Position numbers and translations under genes: made by a program | Shown here: positions 22,777 to 30,428 of the stretch, piece after piece | Layout of the letters: every line of letters starts with the position of its first letter | Position numbering within the stretch: position 1 is the stretch's first letter | The notes under the pieces: generated by a model | Database searches by the model: none | What the model saw: the letters and a program-made list of their open reading frames with translations, nothing else | Told to the model about the DNA's origin: nothing | Origin: Methanosarcinales archaeon | GTDB lineage: Archaea; Halobacteriota; Syntropharchaeia; Alkanophagales; Methanospirareceae | Reading direction: 5' to 3' | NCBI GenBank assembly: GCA_025464345.1 | Contig: JAODGP010000023.1 | Location: forward strand, 1-30,428 | Length of the DNA stretch: 30,428 nucleotides

Positions 22777-23340
22777 ATGCCGTTCGATAAGATATTTGAT
22801 AAGTGGGACATCAAAGAAGTGGAGATTACTGACATAGGCGTACAGAGGCATATATCGCTCAAACCGGTTTCGGTTTTACATAGCGGTGGCAGGCATGCGA
22901 AGCAGCAGTTCGAGCAGGCGAAGGTATGCATAGTTGAACGGCTGATAAACAAGATGATGCGTACAGAGAAGAACACGGGCAAGAAGTTGAAGGCGTATAA
23001 GATAGTGAAGAACGCTTTTGAGCTGATATATCAGGATACCGGGCAGAATCCGGTTCAGGTACTCGTGGATGCGATACAGAATGCGGGACCGAGGGAGGAT
23101 ACCATACGATTGAGGTTTGGAGGTATCCTGGTGCCGAAGCCAGTGGATGTGACGTCACAGCGTAAAGTGGATCAGGCATTGCTATTCATTGCACAGGGTG
23201 CACAGCGTTGCGCATTCAGGAGCAAACGGAGCATAGAGCGATGCCTTGCAGATGAGATAATCAATGCTGCGAGGAATGCCAGGTGCTATTCGATAAGCAA
23301 GAAGGAAGAGAAGGAACGTATAGCCAAAGCGGCGCGGTAA
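22777..23340 (+). CDS. rps7: 30S ribosomal protein S7 (uS7)
   Basis: IVERLINK.M, NTGKK, NP.QVLVDAIQNAGPRE and KEEKERIAKAAR. Confidence 0.97.
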   Translation: MPFDKIFDKWDIKEVEITDIGVQRHISLKPVSVLHSGGRHAKQQFEQAKVCIVERLINKMMRTEKNTGKKLKAYKIVKNAFELIYQDTGQNPVQVLVDAIQNAGPREDTIRLRFGGILVPKPVDVTSQRKVDQALLFIAQGAQRCAFRSKRSIERCLADEIINAARNARCYSISKKEEKERIAKAAR

Positions 23341-24092
23341 TGGAAGATATAGTGCGGCTGGAGGATGTATGGGTTCATATTGATGGCATGGTGGTACTTG
23401 AAGCCGTCAATCTATCAATAAAGCAACATGACTTCCTGGGTATAATAGGACCAAATGGTGGTGGTAAGACCACTCTCCTCAAGGTCATCCTCGGTTTATT
23501 GGCGCCGAGCCGTGGACGGATAACCGTTTTCGGTCGTCCACCGGAAGAAGGCAGGGGGTTCGTGGGATACGTACCGCAAAACAGTCTCTTCGACCGCGAG
23601 TTCCCGGTCAGCGTGCTGGACGTGGTGCTCATGGGACGACTTGGACGTATGCGATCGCCGAGACGATACAGTGAAGAGGACATAAATATCGCATACGACG
23701 CACTGGAGGCGGTGAAGATGCTCGAATATAGAGACCGGCAGATAGGTAAACTCTCTGGCGGTCAGCAGCAGCGAGTATTCATTGCCCGGGCACTGGTGAC
23801 CCGACCGAAGTTGCTGCTGCTCGATGAGCCGATGGCGAATGTGGATTCACATATGCAGAAGGAGCTCTACGAGCTATTTGAAGAGCTCAGGAAAGAGATG
23901 GCTATTGTGCTCGTTTCTCATGATATCAGTGCGGTCTCGATTTACGTGACAAAAATCGCATGTCTCAATCGCAGACTGTATTACCATAATACAAAAGAGA
24001 TATTGAAGGAGGAGCTGGAAGCGACATACCAGTGCCCTGTTGATATTATCGCACATGGCGTGCCACATCGTGTGTTGCGTGCACACGACTAA
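23340..24092 (+). CDS. Mn/Zn-type metal ABC transporter ATP-binding protein (ZnuC-like)
   Basis: GPNGGGKTT, GYVPQ, FPVSVLDVVLMGR, LSGGQQQRVFIARAL, LLLDEP, VSHD and ACLNRRL. Start placed at ATG 23340, overlapping the rps7 TAA. Confidence 0.92.
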   Translation: MEDIVRLEDVWVHIDGMVVLEAVNLSIKQHDFLGIIGPNGGGKTTLLKVILGLLAPSRGRITVFGRPPEEGRGFVGYVPQNSLFDREFPVSVLDVVLMGRLGRMRSPRRYSEEDINIAYDALEAVKMLEYRDRQIGKLSGGQQQRVFIARALVTRPKLLLLDEPMANVDSHMQKELYELFEELRKEMAIVLVSHDISAVSIYVTKIACLNRRLYYHNTKEILKEELEATYQCPVDIIAHGVPHRVLRAHD

Positions 24093-24682
24093 GGAGCCAC
24101 TATCCGGTACATATCCACGGGCATATTGATTTTATCCTTCTTATGGAACCAGAATCGTCTTTTCAGCTTGAAAGAAGCGGGGAAGCGAGTGACGGTGGCG
24201 GGCTGCACGAACTGTCTCAGGAACTGCTCACTGCCCGCATTATGTATGGAGTATACAACATGAGCGATCTCTAATGCCTTCTTCAGGAATACCCGGTCCG
24301 CATGCCTGCTGGCTCGCTGAGCGCCAAAAGGGGGGTTCATCACGACGGTGTCGCACTTATCATGCACGGCTCGCACATCACAGATTATGAATTCCACAGC
24401 CACATCCAGCTTTTGGGAGTTCCTGCGTGCCACTTCCACCGCGTGACTGTCACGTTCTATGCCGACCGCACGTTTTGCACCCAGTAATTTCGCACCTATC
24501 GCCAGTATGCCGTTGCCCGAGCCAAGGTCGTAAACAACACGATTCGCTATATCACCATGAAGATAGGCGATGGTGAGTAGTTCAGCGGCTAATGGTGGCG
24601 GCGTGGAATATTGCTCCTCCACCACGGAAGGATGTTTTAGATCTTCCAGTTGCTCCAGCAGGAGCTCCAGTTCCTTCTTCAT
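24089..24682 (-). CDS. METTL5-family (COG2263-type) RNA N6-adenine methyltransferase
   Basis: EQYSTP, DLGSGNG SAM motif, NPPFG motif IV, HADRVFL..A and YSIH. Confidence 0.9.
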   Translation of the reverse strand: MKKELELLLEQLEDLKHPSVVEEQYSTPPPLAAELLTIAYLHGDIANRVVYDLGSGNGILAIGAKLLGAKRAVGIERDSHAVEVARRNSQKLDVAVEFIICDVRAVHDKCDTVVMNPPFGAQRASRHADRVFLKKALEIAHVVYSIHNAGSEQFLRQFVQPATVTRFPASFKLKRRFWFHKKDKINMPVDMYRIVAP

Positions 24683-24761
24683 TCTTCCCGCTCAGAAGTC
24701 AAGACCTGCATAATTAGAATGTGGGCACAGTTTTACATCAAACATTTAAGAATAATAAGAT

Positions 24762-25994
24762 ATGGATGTTTTTAGCCCGATCACCACGACGGGTGCGAAG
24801 GTGTGCATAGAAACCTTCGGCTGTACTGCCAATGCAGGAGATACGCATAAGATAAGGGCGATACTGAAGAGAAGTGGCTCGATACCCGTGGCGGATATCA
24901 ATGAAGCAGATTACGTCATCGTGAATACATGCACAGTCACGGAACGGACGGAATTGAACGTTGTGAGACGTCTGAAGGAACTGAAGCGGTGCGGCAAACG
25001 AGTAATAGTTGCGGGCTGTATGGCTGCTGCACAGCCTGAGCTGGTGAAGCGCATCCTGGGCGACGATACGGTCATGATAACACCAGATATGTTATATCCG
25101 GTTATGGATTTCGATTTTGAGTGTTCTGTGGTGGGTATAATACCGATAGCGATGGGCTGTCTAAGTAATTGCACATATTGCATAACGAAACAGGCAAGGG
25201 GCAGCCTGAGAAGCCAGGATCCGGAGAGCATACGCAGAGCTCTCAGGTACGCGATTGCAAAAGGCGTTAAGGAAGTGAGAATCACCGCTCAGGACTGCGC
25301 AGCTTATGGATTTGACCATAAGCAGAAGTTACCGTGGCTGTTGAAGATGCTGACGGAATTGAAGGGTGAGTTCAGGATCCGCGTGGGCATGATGAACCCG
25401 TTCACACTCATCCGGATCATAGATGAGTTACTGGATGCTTTTGACTCCGATAAGGTATTCAAATTCTTCCATGTGCCTGTTCAGTCTGGTTCTGACAGAG
25501 TGCTGAACGATATGCGACGCAACTATAAAGTCGCGGATTTCATAGAGATAGTGAGGGGCATAAGGAGAAGATTCCCGTACTCTACCATCTGTACCGATTT
25601 CATCGTTGGTTATCCAACGGAGCGAGAGGAGGATTTCCTGGCTTCTCTGCGATTGCTCGAGGCAGTGAAGCCAGAGAAGGTGAATATTACGAGATTCTCA
25701 CCGCGACCCGGTACGGAAGCATCAAAGCTGAAGGATATGCTGGCTCGGACAAAGAAAACGAGGTCACGAATGATGGCTGCTACCTACCACAGGATGGCAC
25801 TTGCCATGAATAAGAGGCTGATAGGGCAGGAACTCCGGGTTATTGCTACGGAACGTGGTAAGAAAGGCGGCGTGCTCGCACGTGATATGGCATATAGAAC
25901 GGTGATATTAAAGGAGGAAGTGCCTCTCGGCTCGTTTCTGAATGCGCGTGTGATGGACGCAACGAGCACGTACCTCGTCGCAAGCGCTGGGTAG
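24762..25994 (+). CDS. mtaB: tRNA t6A37 methylthiotransferase (archaeal MtaB/CDKAL1 type; UPF0004, radical SAM and TRAM domains)
   Basis: ETFGCTAN, VNTCTV, AGCMAA, GCLSNCTYC, RIRVGMMNP, HVPVQSGSD, TDFIVGYPTE and RFSPRPGT. Confidence 0.9.
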   Translation: MDVFSPITTTGAKVCIETFGCTANAGDTHKIRAILKRSGSIPVADINEADYVIVNTCTVTERTELNVVRRLKELKRCGKRVIVAGCMAAAQPELVKRILGDDTVMITPDMLYPVMDFDFECSVVGIIPIAMGCLSNCTYCITKQARGSLRSQDPESIRRALRYAIAKGVKEVRITAQDCAAYGFDHKQKLPWLLKMLTELKGEFRIRVGMMNPFTLIRIIDELLDAFDSDKVFKFFHVPVQSGSDRVLNDMRRNYKVADFIEIVRGIRRRFPYSTICTDFIVGYPTEREEDFLASLRLLEAVKPEKVNITRFSPRPGTEASKLKDMLARTKKTRSRMMAATYHRMALAMNKRLIGQELRVIATERGKKGGVLARDMAYRTVILKEEVPLGSFLNARVMDATSTYLVASAG

Positions 25995-26004
25995 TACCCT
26001 TGTA

Positions 26005-26997
26005 TCAACCGGAATAAATCACCACACTACCTTTGTTATTTGTAGAGGAATAAAACACAGATGCTTTTATCTGCCGTTCAGCCAGTAATTCGCTCGTGTG
26101 TTGAGCGAGTTCACGTGCCTCTTTCTCACCTCTAACCAGTCCGTAAGTTGCGGGTCCAAAAGATGACATTCCGTATCCCAGTGCATGCGATGCGAAGAAA
26201 TCGAATAGCGACTTTATTATACTGTGCTGAAGCTCAACCTCAATTCTCTTGAATCCTATCTGCTGTATCTTCGATAGGCTCTCACCAAATGTATAGATAT
26301 CGCGCTCGATGACCGAAGGCAGTACTCGCATCAATATGATCCTGCATAGCCTCTCCACCTCGGAGGCTCTTACAGGGCAATATCTTCTGAAGATCTCTAT
26401 CTCCTCGGTACCATGTGCGCCCCTCTTCACTTCCGGGATCGCAGTTACGAAGTACCAGTCTTCGGGTAGCGGGTGCTGGAAGATAACAGGCGGTGGTGGC
26501 ACTTTCGATGCAGAAGAAGGCATAAAAGAGTGCTTTACTCCTGCGCTGGCACGACCACTCCTGAAGAGATGCCCGCCATCGAGTATGAATCCGCCACGGT
26601 CAAAAGCTGCGGTACCTATGCCTGAGGTGCCACCGCGACTTACCAGCTTTGCGAGTTCAAACGTCGTAAAGTTCCGGTCTTCAAGCACGCTTATCGCCTT
26701 CGCCACGCACAATGAGAGCTGTGTCCGCGAGCCCAGCCCGACATGATGCGGTAACGCCTTCAATATCTCAATCTTATAGTGGTGCTCCGTTTTGAATCCC
26801 CGTCTTATATGCTCCAGTACAGGTATAACCGCGGGAGGATTCTCTACCTCCGAATCCACGTGTGTGACTCTCAGCGCTAAGGAAGGCTCATTCAATGCCA
26901 CACCCATACCGCCATCCACCCTGCCCAGCTCGCCGTTCAGGTCTATAAGGGTGAAATGTAACCGGCTGGGTGATGTTATATACACACTCCTCTCCAT
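26005..26997 (-). CDS. mptG: Beta-ribofuranosylaminobenzene 5'-phosphate (RFA-P) synthase, methanopterin biosynthesis
   Basis: SPSRLHFTLIDLNGELGRVDGG.G, HVGLGSRTQL, RGGTSGIG...F..GGFILDGGH and GMSSFGP (GHMP-kinase-fold RFA-P synthase). Confidence 0.92.
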   Translation of the reverse strand: MERSVYITSPSRLHFTLIDLNGELGRVDGGMGVALNEPSLALRVTHVDSEVENPPAVIPVLEHIRRGFKTEHHYKIEILKALPHHVGLGSRTQLSLCVAKAISVLEDRNFTTFELAKLVSRGGTSGIGTAAFDRGGFILDGGHLFRSGRASAGVKHSFMPSSASKVPPPPVIFQHPLPEDWYFVTAIPEVKRGAHGTEEIEIFRRYCPVRASEVERLCRIILMRVLPSVIERDIYTFGESLSKIQQIGFKRIEVELQHSIIKSLFDFFASHALGYGMSSFGPATYGLVRGEKEARELAQHTSELLAERQIKASVFYSSTNNKGSVVIYSG

Positions 26998-27009
26998 ACT
27001 ATTCTATCT

Positions 27010-28401
27010 TTACTTCCCCATCTCGAACATCTTGTGTATAGCTCGTGCCGCACGGAATGCGTCTTCTCGCCTGACGACAAAAGATATGTTATACTCGGAG
27101 CTGCCCTGGGAGATCATTCGTATGCTTATACCTTCATTACCAAGAGCGGAAAATACTTTACCGGCTACGCCCGGTGTGCCAGCCATACCCGCACCAACCA
27201 CACCAACCGCAGAGACATTGCTATTTGTAGTGAAGTCACGTATAATGGTTCCGGATGAATTCACCTTCTTTATCGCGTCAATTGCCCTGTTCAACTGCGC
27301 ACTATCTATAACAATGGATATAGTCCTCTCGGAGGAGCCCTGACTTATCATTATGACATTCACATTCTCCGCGGCAAGAGCAATGAATACACGTGCTGCT
27401 ACTTCCGATATGCTCCTCATACCACTGCCTGCGATATTGATGATGGAGGTATTCTCTATGAGTGTGATGGCTTTTGCCACTTTCTCTGTATGCTCTGGCT
27501 CCTTAGCGATGAGTGTACCTTCATCATCGGGTTTCAGCAGGTTCTTCACCCTGATTGGTATATCCTTCTCGATCACCGGCTCGATCGCTCGTGGATGCAG
27601 TATAGAAGCACCGAAATATGATAGCTCCATCGCTTCCCTGTAAGATATATAGGGTATCTTCTTCGCCTCGGGTATTATCTTCGGGTCAGCGCTCATTATA
27701 CCCTCCGTCTCTTTCCAGAGCCAGATCTCATCTGCATTTATCGCCGCACCTATAAGTGTGGCGGTGTAATCCGAGCCACCTCTGCCGAGTGTGGTTGTTA
27801 TCCCTTTCTCCGTCTCACCTATATAGCCTGTGACCACGGGTACCTTATCCTGTGCCAGTAGTGGTACGATCCTTGCTCTTATCCCGTCTTCAGCACCTGG
27901 AACCGGCTGTGCATTGCCATATTCCTCGTTGGTTATTATTCCCGCTTCACCACCTGATAGATGGACCGCATCAACACCCTTTGATCGCAGGGTACCGCTC
28001 ACTATCGGTGCAGCCAGCCTCTCACCAAAAGATACGATATAATCATAAGATCGAGCACTCAACTCGCCAAGGAGGCATATACCGATCATAGCCTTCTCCA
28101 GATCGCCTGTTCTCTCTTTTAGCTCCTCGCATACCTCTCTCAATATCTGCCCATCGGATATCGCTTCCGCAGCAGCCAGTTCATGCATCGCCCTTATATG
28201 CTCCACAAACTCTTTTGCATGTTCAATCTCACCTTCTTTTGTTATCCTTATCGCATTCTCGTGCAGCATATCCGTGACTTTGAAGAGTGCCGAGGTGACA
28301 ACTACCAGCTCTCCCTCAGTTCGTTTTATCAATTCAGCGACAGTTTTTATCCTCTTACCACTGGCAACCGCTACACCACCAAATTTCATTACCAGCCTCA
28401 T
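27010..28401 (-). CDS. lysC: Aspartate kinase (two ACT domains)
   Basis: MKFGG, SFGERL, TTLGRGGSDYTA, ADP..IP.A, EAMELSYFGA.ILHP and two MISQGSSE ACT repeats. Confidence 0.96.
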   Translation of the reverse strand: MRLVMKFGGVAVASGKRIKTVAELIKRTEGELVVVTSALFKVTDMLHENAIRITKEGEIEHAKEFVEHIRAMHELAAAEAISDGQILREVCEELKERTGDLEKAMIGICLLGELSARSYDYIVSFGERLAAPIVSGTLRSKGVDAVHLSGGEAGIITNEEYGNAQPVPGAEDGIRARIVPLLAQDKVPVVTGYIGETEKGITTTLGRGGSDYTATLIGAAINADEIWLWKETEGIMSADPKIIPEAKKIPYISYREAMELSYFGASILHPRAIEPVIEKDIPIRVKNLLKPDDEGTLIAKEPEHTEKVAKAITLIENTSIINIAGSGMRSISEVAARVFIALAAENVNVIMISQGSSERTISIVIDSAQLNRAIDAIKKVNSSGTIIRDFTTNSNVSAVGVVGAGMAGTPGVAGKVFSALGNEGISIRMISQGSSEYNISFVVRREDAFRAARAIHKMFEMGK

Positions 28402-28493
28402 ATAGCCGTTCGCCCCCTCTCTTCACTCCCGATTGAGCAAACCTATTTATAGCTACATATTGAATATTTTAAAATAAATAAAGGAAAGAAAAA
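28402..28493. promoter_or_regulatory. Divergent promoter region for lysC and the thermosome gene
   Basis: GAGCAAACC-TATTTATA (BRE/TATA-like, 28435-28451) and palindrome TATTTTAAAATA (28465-28476). Confidence 0.45.
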
Positions 28494-30158
28494 ATGGCAG
28501 CAGTTGGTGGAATACCTGTGTTAATATTGAAAGAGGGAAGTGAGAGGATGCGAGGCAGAGATGCGCAGAGTGCGAACATAAATGCGGCAAAAGCAGTTGC
28601 TTCTGCTGTTCGCACCACTCTGGGACCCAAAGGGATGGATAAGATGCTTGTGGATTCCCTTGGTGATGTGGTTATAACAAACGACGGTGTGACCATTCTT
28701 AAGGAGATGGACATAGATAGCCCGGCAGCGAAGATGATGGTAGAGGTTGCGAAAACGGTGGATGAGGAAGCAGGTGACGGCACGACATCATCCGTTGTGC
28801 TGAGTGGCGAACTGCTGAAGAAGGCGGAGGAACTGCTCGAGCAGGAACTGCACCCTTCGATCATCACGATTGGTTATAGACTCGCGGAGAAGAGATCAAA
28901 GGAAGTCCTTGATGAGATGGCTATGAGCGTTGATACAGGCAACGACGACTTCTTAAAGAAGGTGGCAAAGACCGCGATAACCGGCAAATTCGCAGAGACT
29001 TCTCGCGATTTCCTCGCGGAGATAGCGGTAAAAGCGGTTAAACTGATAACAGAAACCGGGCATGGGGGTAAAAAGAAAGTAGACGTTGATAACGTGAGTG
29101 TGGAGAAGAAGACAGGGGGCAGAGTGGGTGAGACCCTGCTGGTTCAGGGTATAGCACTGGATAAAGAGGTGGTGCATCATGGAATGCCTCGTCGTGTAGA
29201 GGGTGCGAAGATAGCATTGATCAATGCTTCTCTGGAAGTGAAGAAGACGGAGACGAGTGCGGAATTGCGGATAACCAGTTCAGACCAGTTAAAGGCGTTC
29301 CTGGACGAAGAGGAGCGCGAAATGCGTGAGATGGCGATGCGAATAAGAGACAGTGGCGCCAGTGTGGTTATATGTCAGAAGGGCATAGATGATGTGGTGC
29401 AGCATTACCTGGCGAAAGCGGGTATTATGGCAGTGAGGCGAGCGAAGAAGAGCGATATGGAGAAGCTGGCGAAAGCGACGGGTGGTAAAGTGGTGACCAA
29501 TCTGGAGGAGCTAACCGGGGCAGACCTGGGTCGTGCTGATCTGGTGGAGGAGCGGAAAGTAGGTGGTGACAAGATGGTCTTTATAGAAGGCTGTAAGAAC
29601 CCTCATGCCGTATCTATCGTCATACGTGGTGGAACGGAGAACATAGTGGACGAGGTCGAGCGAGCGTTACATGACATGCTCATGGTGGTCGGGAGCATAA
29701 TAGAAGATGGTAAAGCGGTAGCAGGTGGTGGTGCAGTGGAGACGGAACTGGCTCTCCGATTGCGGGAATACAGTGCATCTTTAAAGGGTCGTGAGCAGCT
29801 CGCGGCTGAGAAATTCGCGGAAGCGATGGAGATAATTCCGAGGTCTCTGGCGGAGAATTCCGGGCTTGACCCGATAGACATGCTGGTAGCGTTAAAGGCG
29901 GCACATGAGCGTGGTGAGAAGTCCGCAGGTCTCGACGTCTACTCAGGTAAGATAGTGGACATGTGGGAGCAGGGTGTAATAGAGCCGTTAAGAACGAAGA
30001 GGCAGGTGGTGGAATCCGCAACAGAGGCAGCGGTGATGATCCTCAGGATAGATGATGTGATAATGTCAAAACGTGAGAGCATGCCACCACCTGGTGCGGG
30101 TGGTGAATACGGTGGAGGCATGGGCGGTATGCCACCGGGCGGTATGCCACCCTATTAA
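28494..30158 (+). CDS. ths: Thermosome (group II chaperonin) subunit
   Basis: [35 protein letters not shown] and a Gly/Met/Pro tail. Alpha versus beta cannot be assigned. Confidence 0.98.
   Translation: MAAVGGIPVLILKEGSERMRGRDAQSANINAAKAVASAVRTTLGPKGMDKMLVDSLGDVVITNDGVTILKEMDIDSPAAKMMVEVAKTVDEEAGDGTTSSVVLSGELLKKAEELLEQELHPSIITIGYRLAEKRSKEVLDEMAMSVDTGNDDFLKKVAKTAITGKFAETSRDFLAEIAVKAVKLITETGHGGKKKVDVDNVSVEKKTGGRVGETLLVQGIALDKEVVHHGMPRRVEGAKIALINASLEVKKTETSAELRITSSDQLKAFLDEEEREMREMAMRIRDSGASVVICQKGIDDVVQHYLAKAGIMAVRRAKKSDMEKLAKATGGKVVTNLEELTGADLGRADLVEERKVGGDKMVFIEGCKNPHAVSIVIRGGTENIVDEVERALHDMLMVVGSIIEDGKAVAGGGAVETELALRLREYSASLKGREQLAAEKFAEAMEIIPRSLAENSGLDPIDMLVALKAAHERGEKSAGLDVYSGKIVDMWEQGVIEPLRTKRQVVESATEAAVMILRIDDVIMSKRESMPPPGAGGEYGGGMGGMPPGGMPPY
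30122..30151 (+). repeat. Perfect tandem 15-mer GGGCGGTATGCCACC x2 encoding [10 protein letters not shown] in the thermosome tail
   Basis: Directly visible. Confidence 0.9.
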
Positions 30159-30159
30159 C

Positions 30160-30170
30160 TTATTTTTTTC
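30160..30170 (+). terminator. Oligo-T archaeal terminator after the thermosome gene
   Basis: T7 tract at 30163-30169, 4 nt after the TAA. Confidence 0.6.
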
Positions 30171-30423
30171 TACACGCCAGACCTCTCTATCAAATTGAGA
30201 GATGGGCGAAGGGCACTGCGATAGAGGAGATCTACGGCTTAGATGCCGAGAAACTCAATGACGACCTGTGTAGAAGAACGCTTATGGCTATATTCCCGCA
30301 TATCAGCGATATATGGGCGGAGATCGTCATGCAGTGACAAAATACCATGAGCGTGGCGTGCAATATCTCGCTCCCGTCACGATAACCGGTGATAACAGAG
30401 AGATAGTGCTATCTGTGAGGTAA
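30170..30423 (+). pseudogene. Degraded IS1634-family transposase fragment
   Basis: The frame from 30170 gives LHARPLYQIERWAKGTAIEEIYGLDAEKLNDDLCRRTLMAIFPHISDIWAEIVMQ*, recognisable as the PLY..E.W...G...EKLNDD(RLGR) N-terminal region of IS1634 transposases. A shifted frame continues VTKYHERGVQYLAPV...*. There is no start codon and no visible IRs. Confidence 0.65.
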
Positions 30424-30428
30424 AGCGC

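Noticed and set aside
22356-22982. 208-aa minus-strand ORF
   Set aside because: Antisense to the highly conserved rps12/rps7; a shadow ORF.

Overview
Core-genome archaeal window. Methanopterin RFA-P synthase, a split RpoA'/A'' and ATA/AGG-rich codon use point to a methanogen/ANME-type euryarchaeon; the unsplit RpoB and the mannosylglycerate genes would fit an ANME-1/Syntropharchaeia-like lineage (inference). Order: tRNA 3' fragment, rpl21e(-), mpgS-mpgP, tRNA-Val(TAC)(-), nac, NAD kinase, PRC-barrel, tRNA-Arg(CCT)(-), DHH/RecJ-like nuclease, polyprenyl synthase, rnz(-), NitT/TauT-type ABC transporter(-), moaC(-), uppP, radical SAM/SPASM(-), PUA protein, cinA/pncC, tRNA-Lys(TTT), rpoH-rpoB-rpoA'-rpoA''-rpl30e-nusA-rps12-rps7, orphan ZnuC-like ATPase, METTL5-like methylase(-), MtaB-type methylthiotransferase, mptG(-), aspartokinase(-), thermosome, and an IS1634-like relic. 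The most unusual feature is the RNA polymerase. RpoA' carries an in-frame 160-aa insertion at the clamp-head Zn site. It is bounded by a degenerate direct repeat (MYCGD...IYCGE) and appears to be one module nested inside a related one. The catalytic motif reads NADYDGD instead of NADFDGD, RpoA'' has a tandem HhH-like N-terminal extension, and RpoB is unsplit. Several ORFs run into or onto tRNA genes; cinA's stop codon lies inside tRNA-Lys. No CRISPR array or rRNA was seen.
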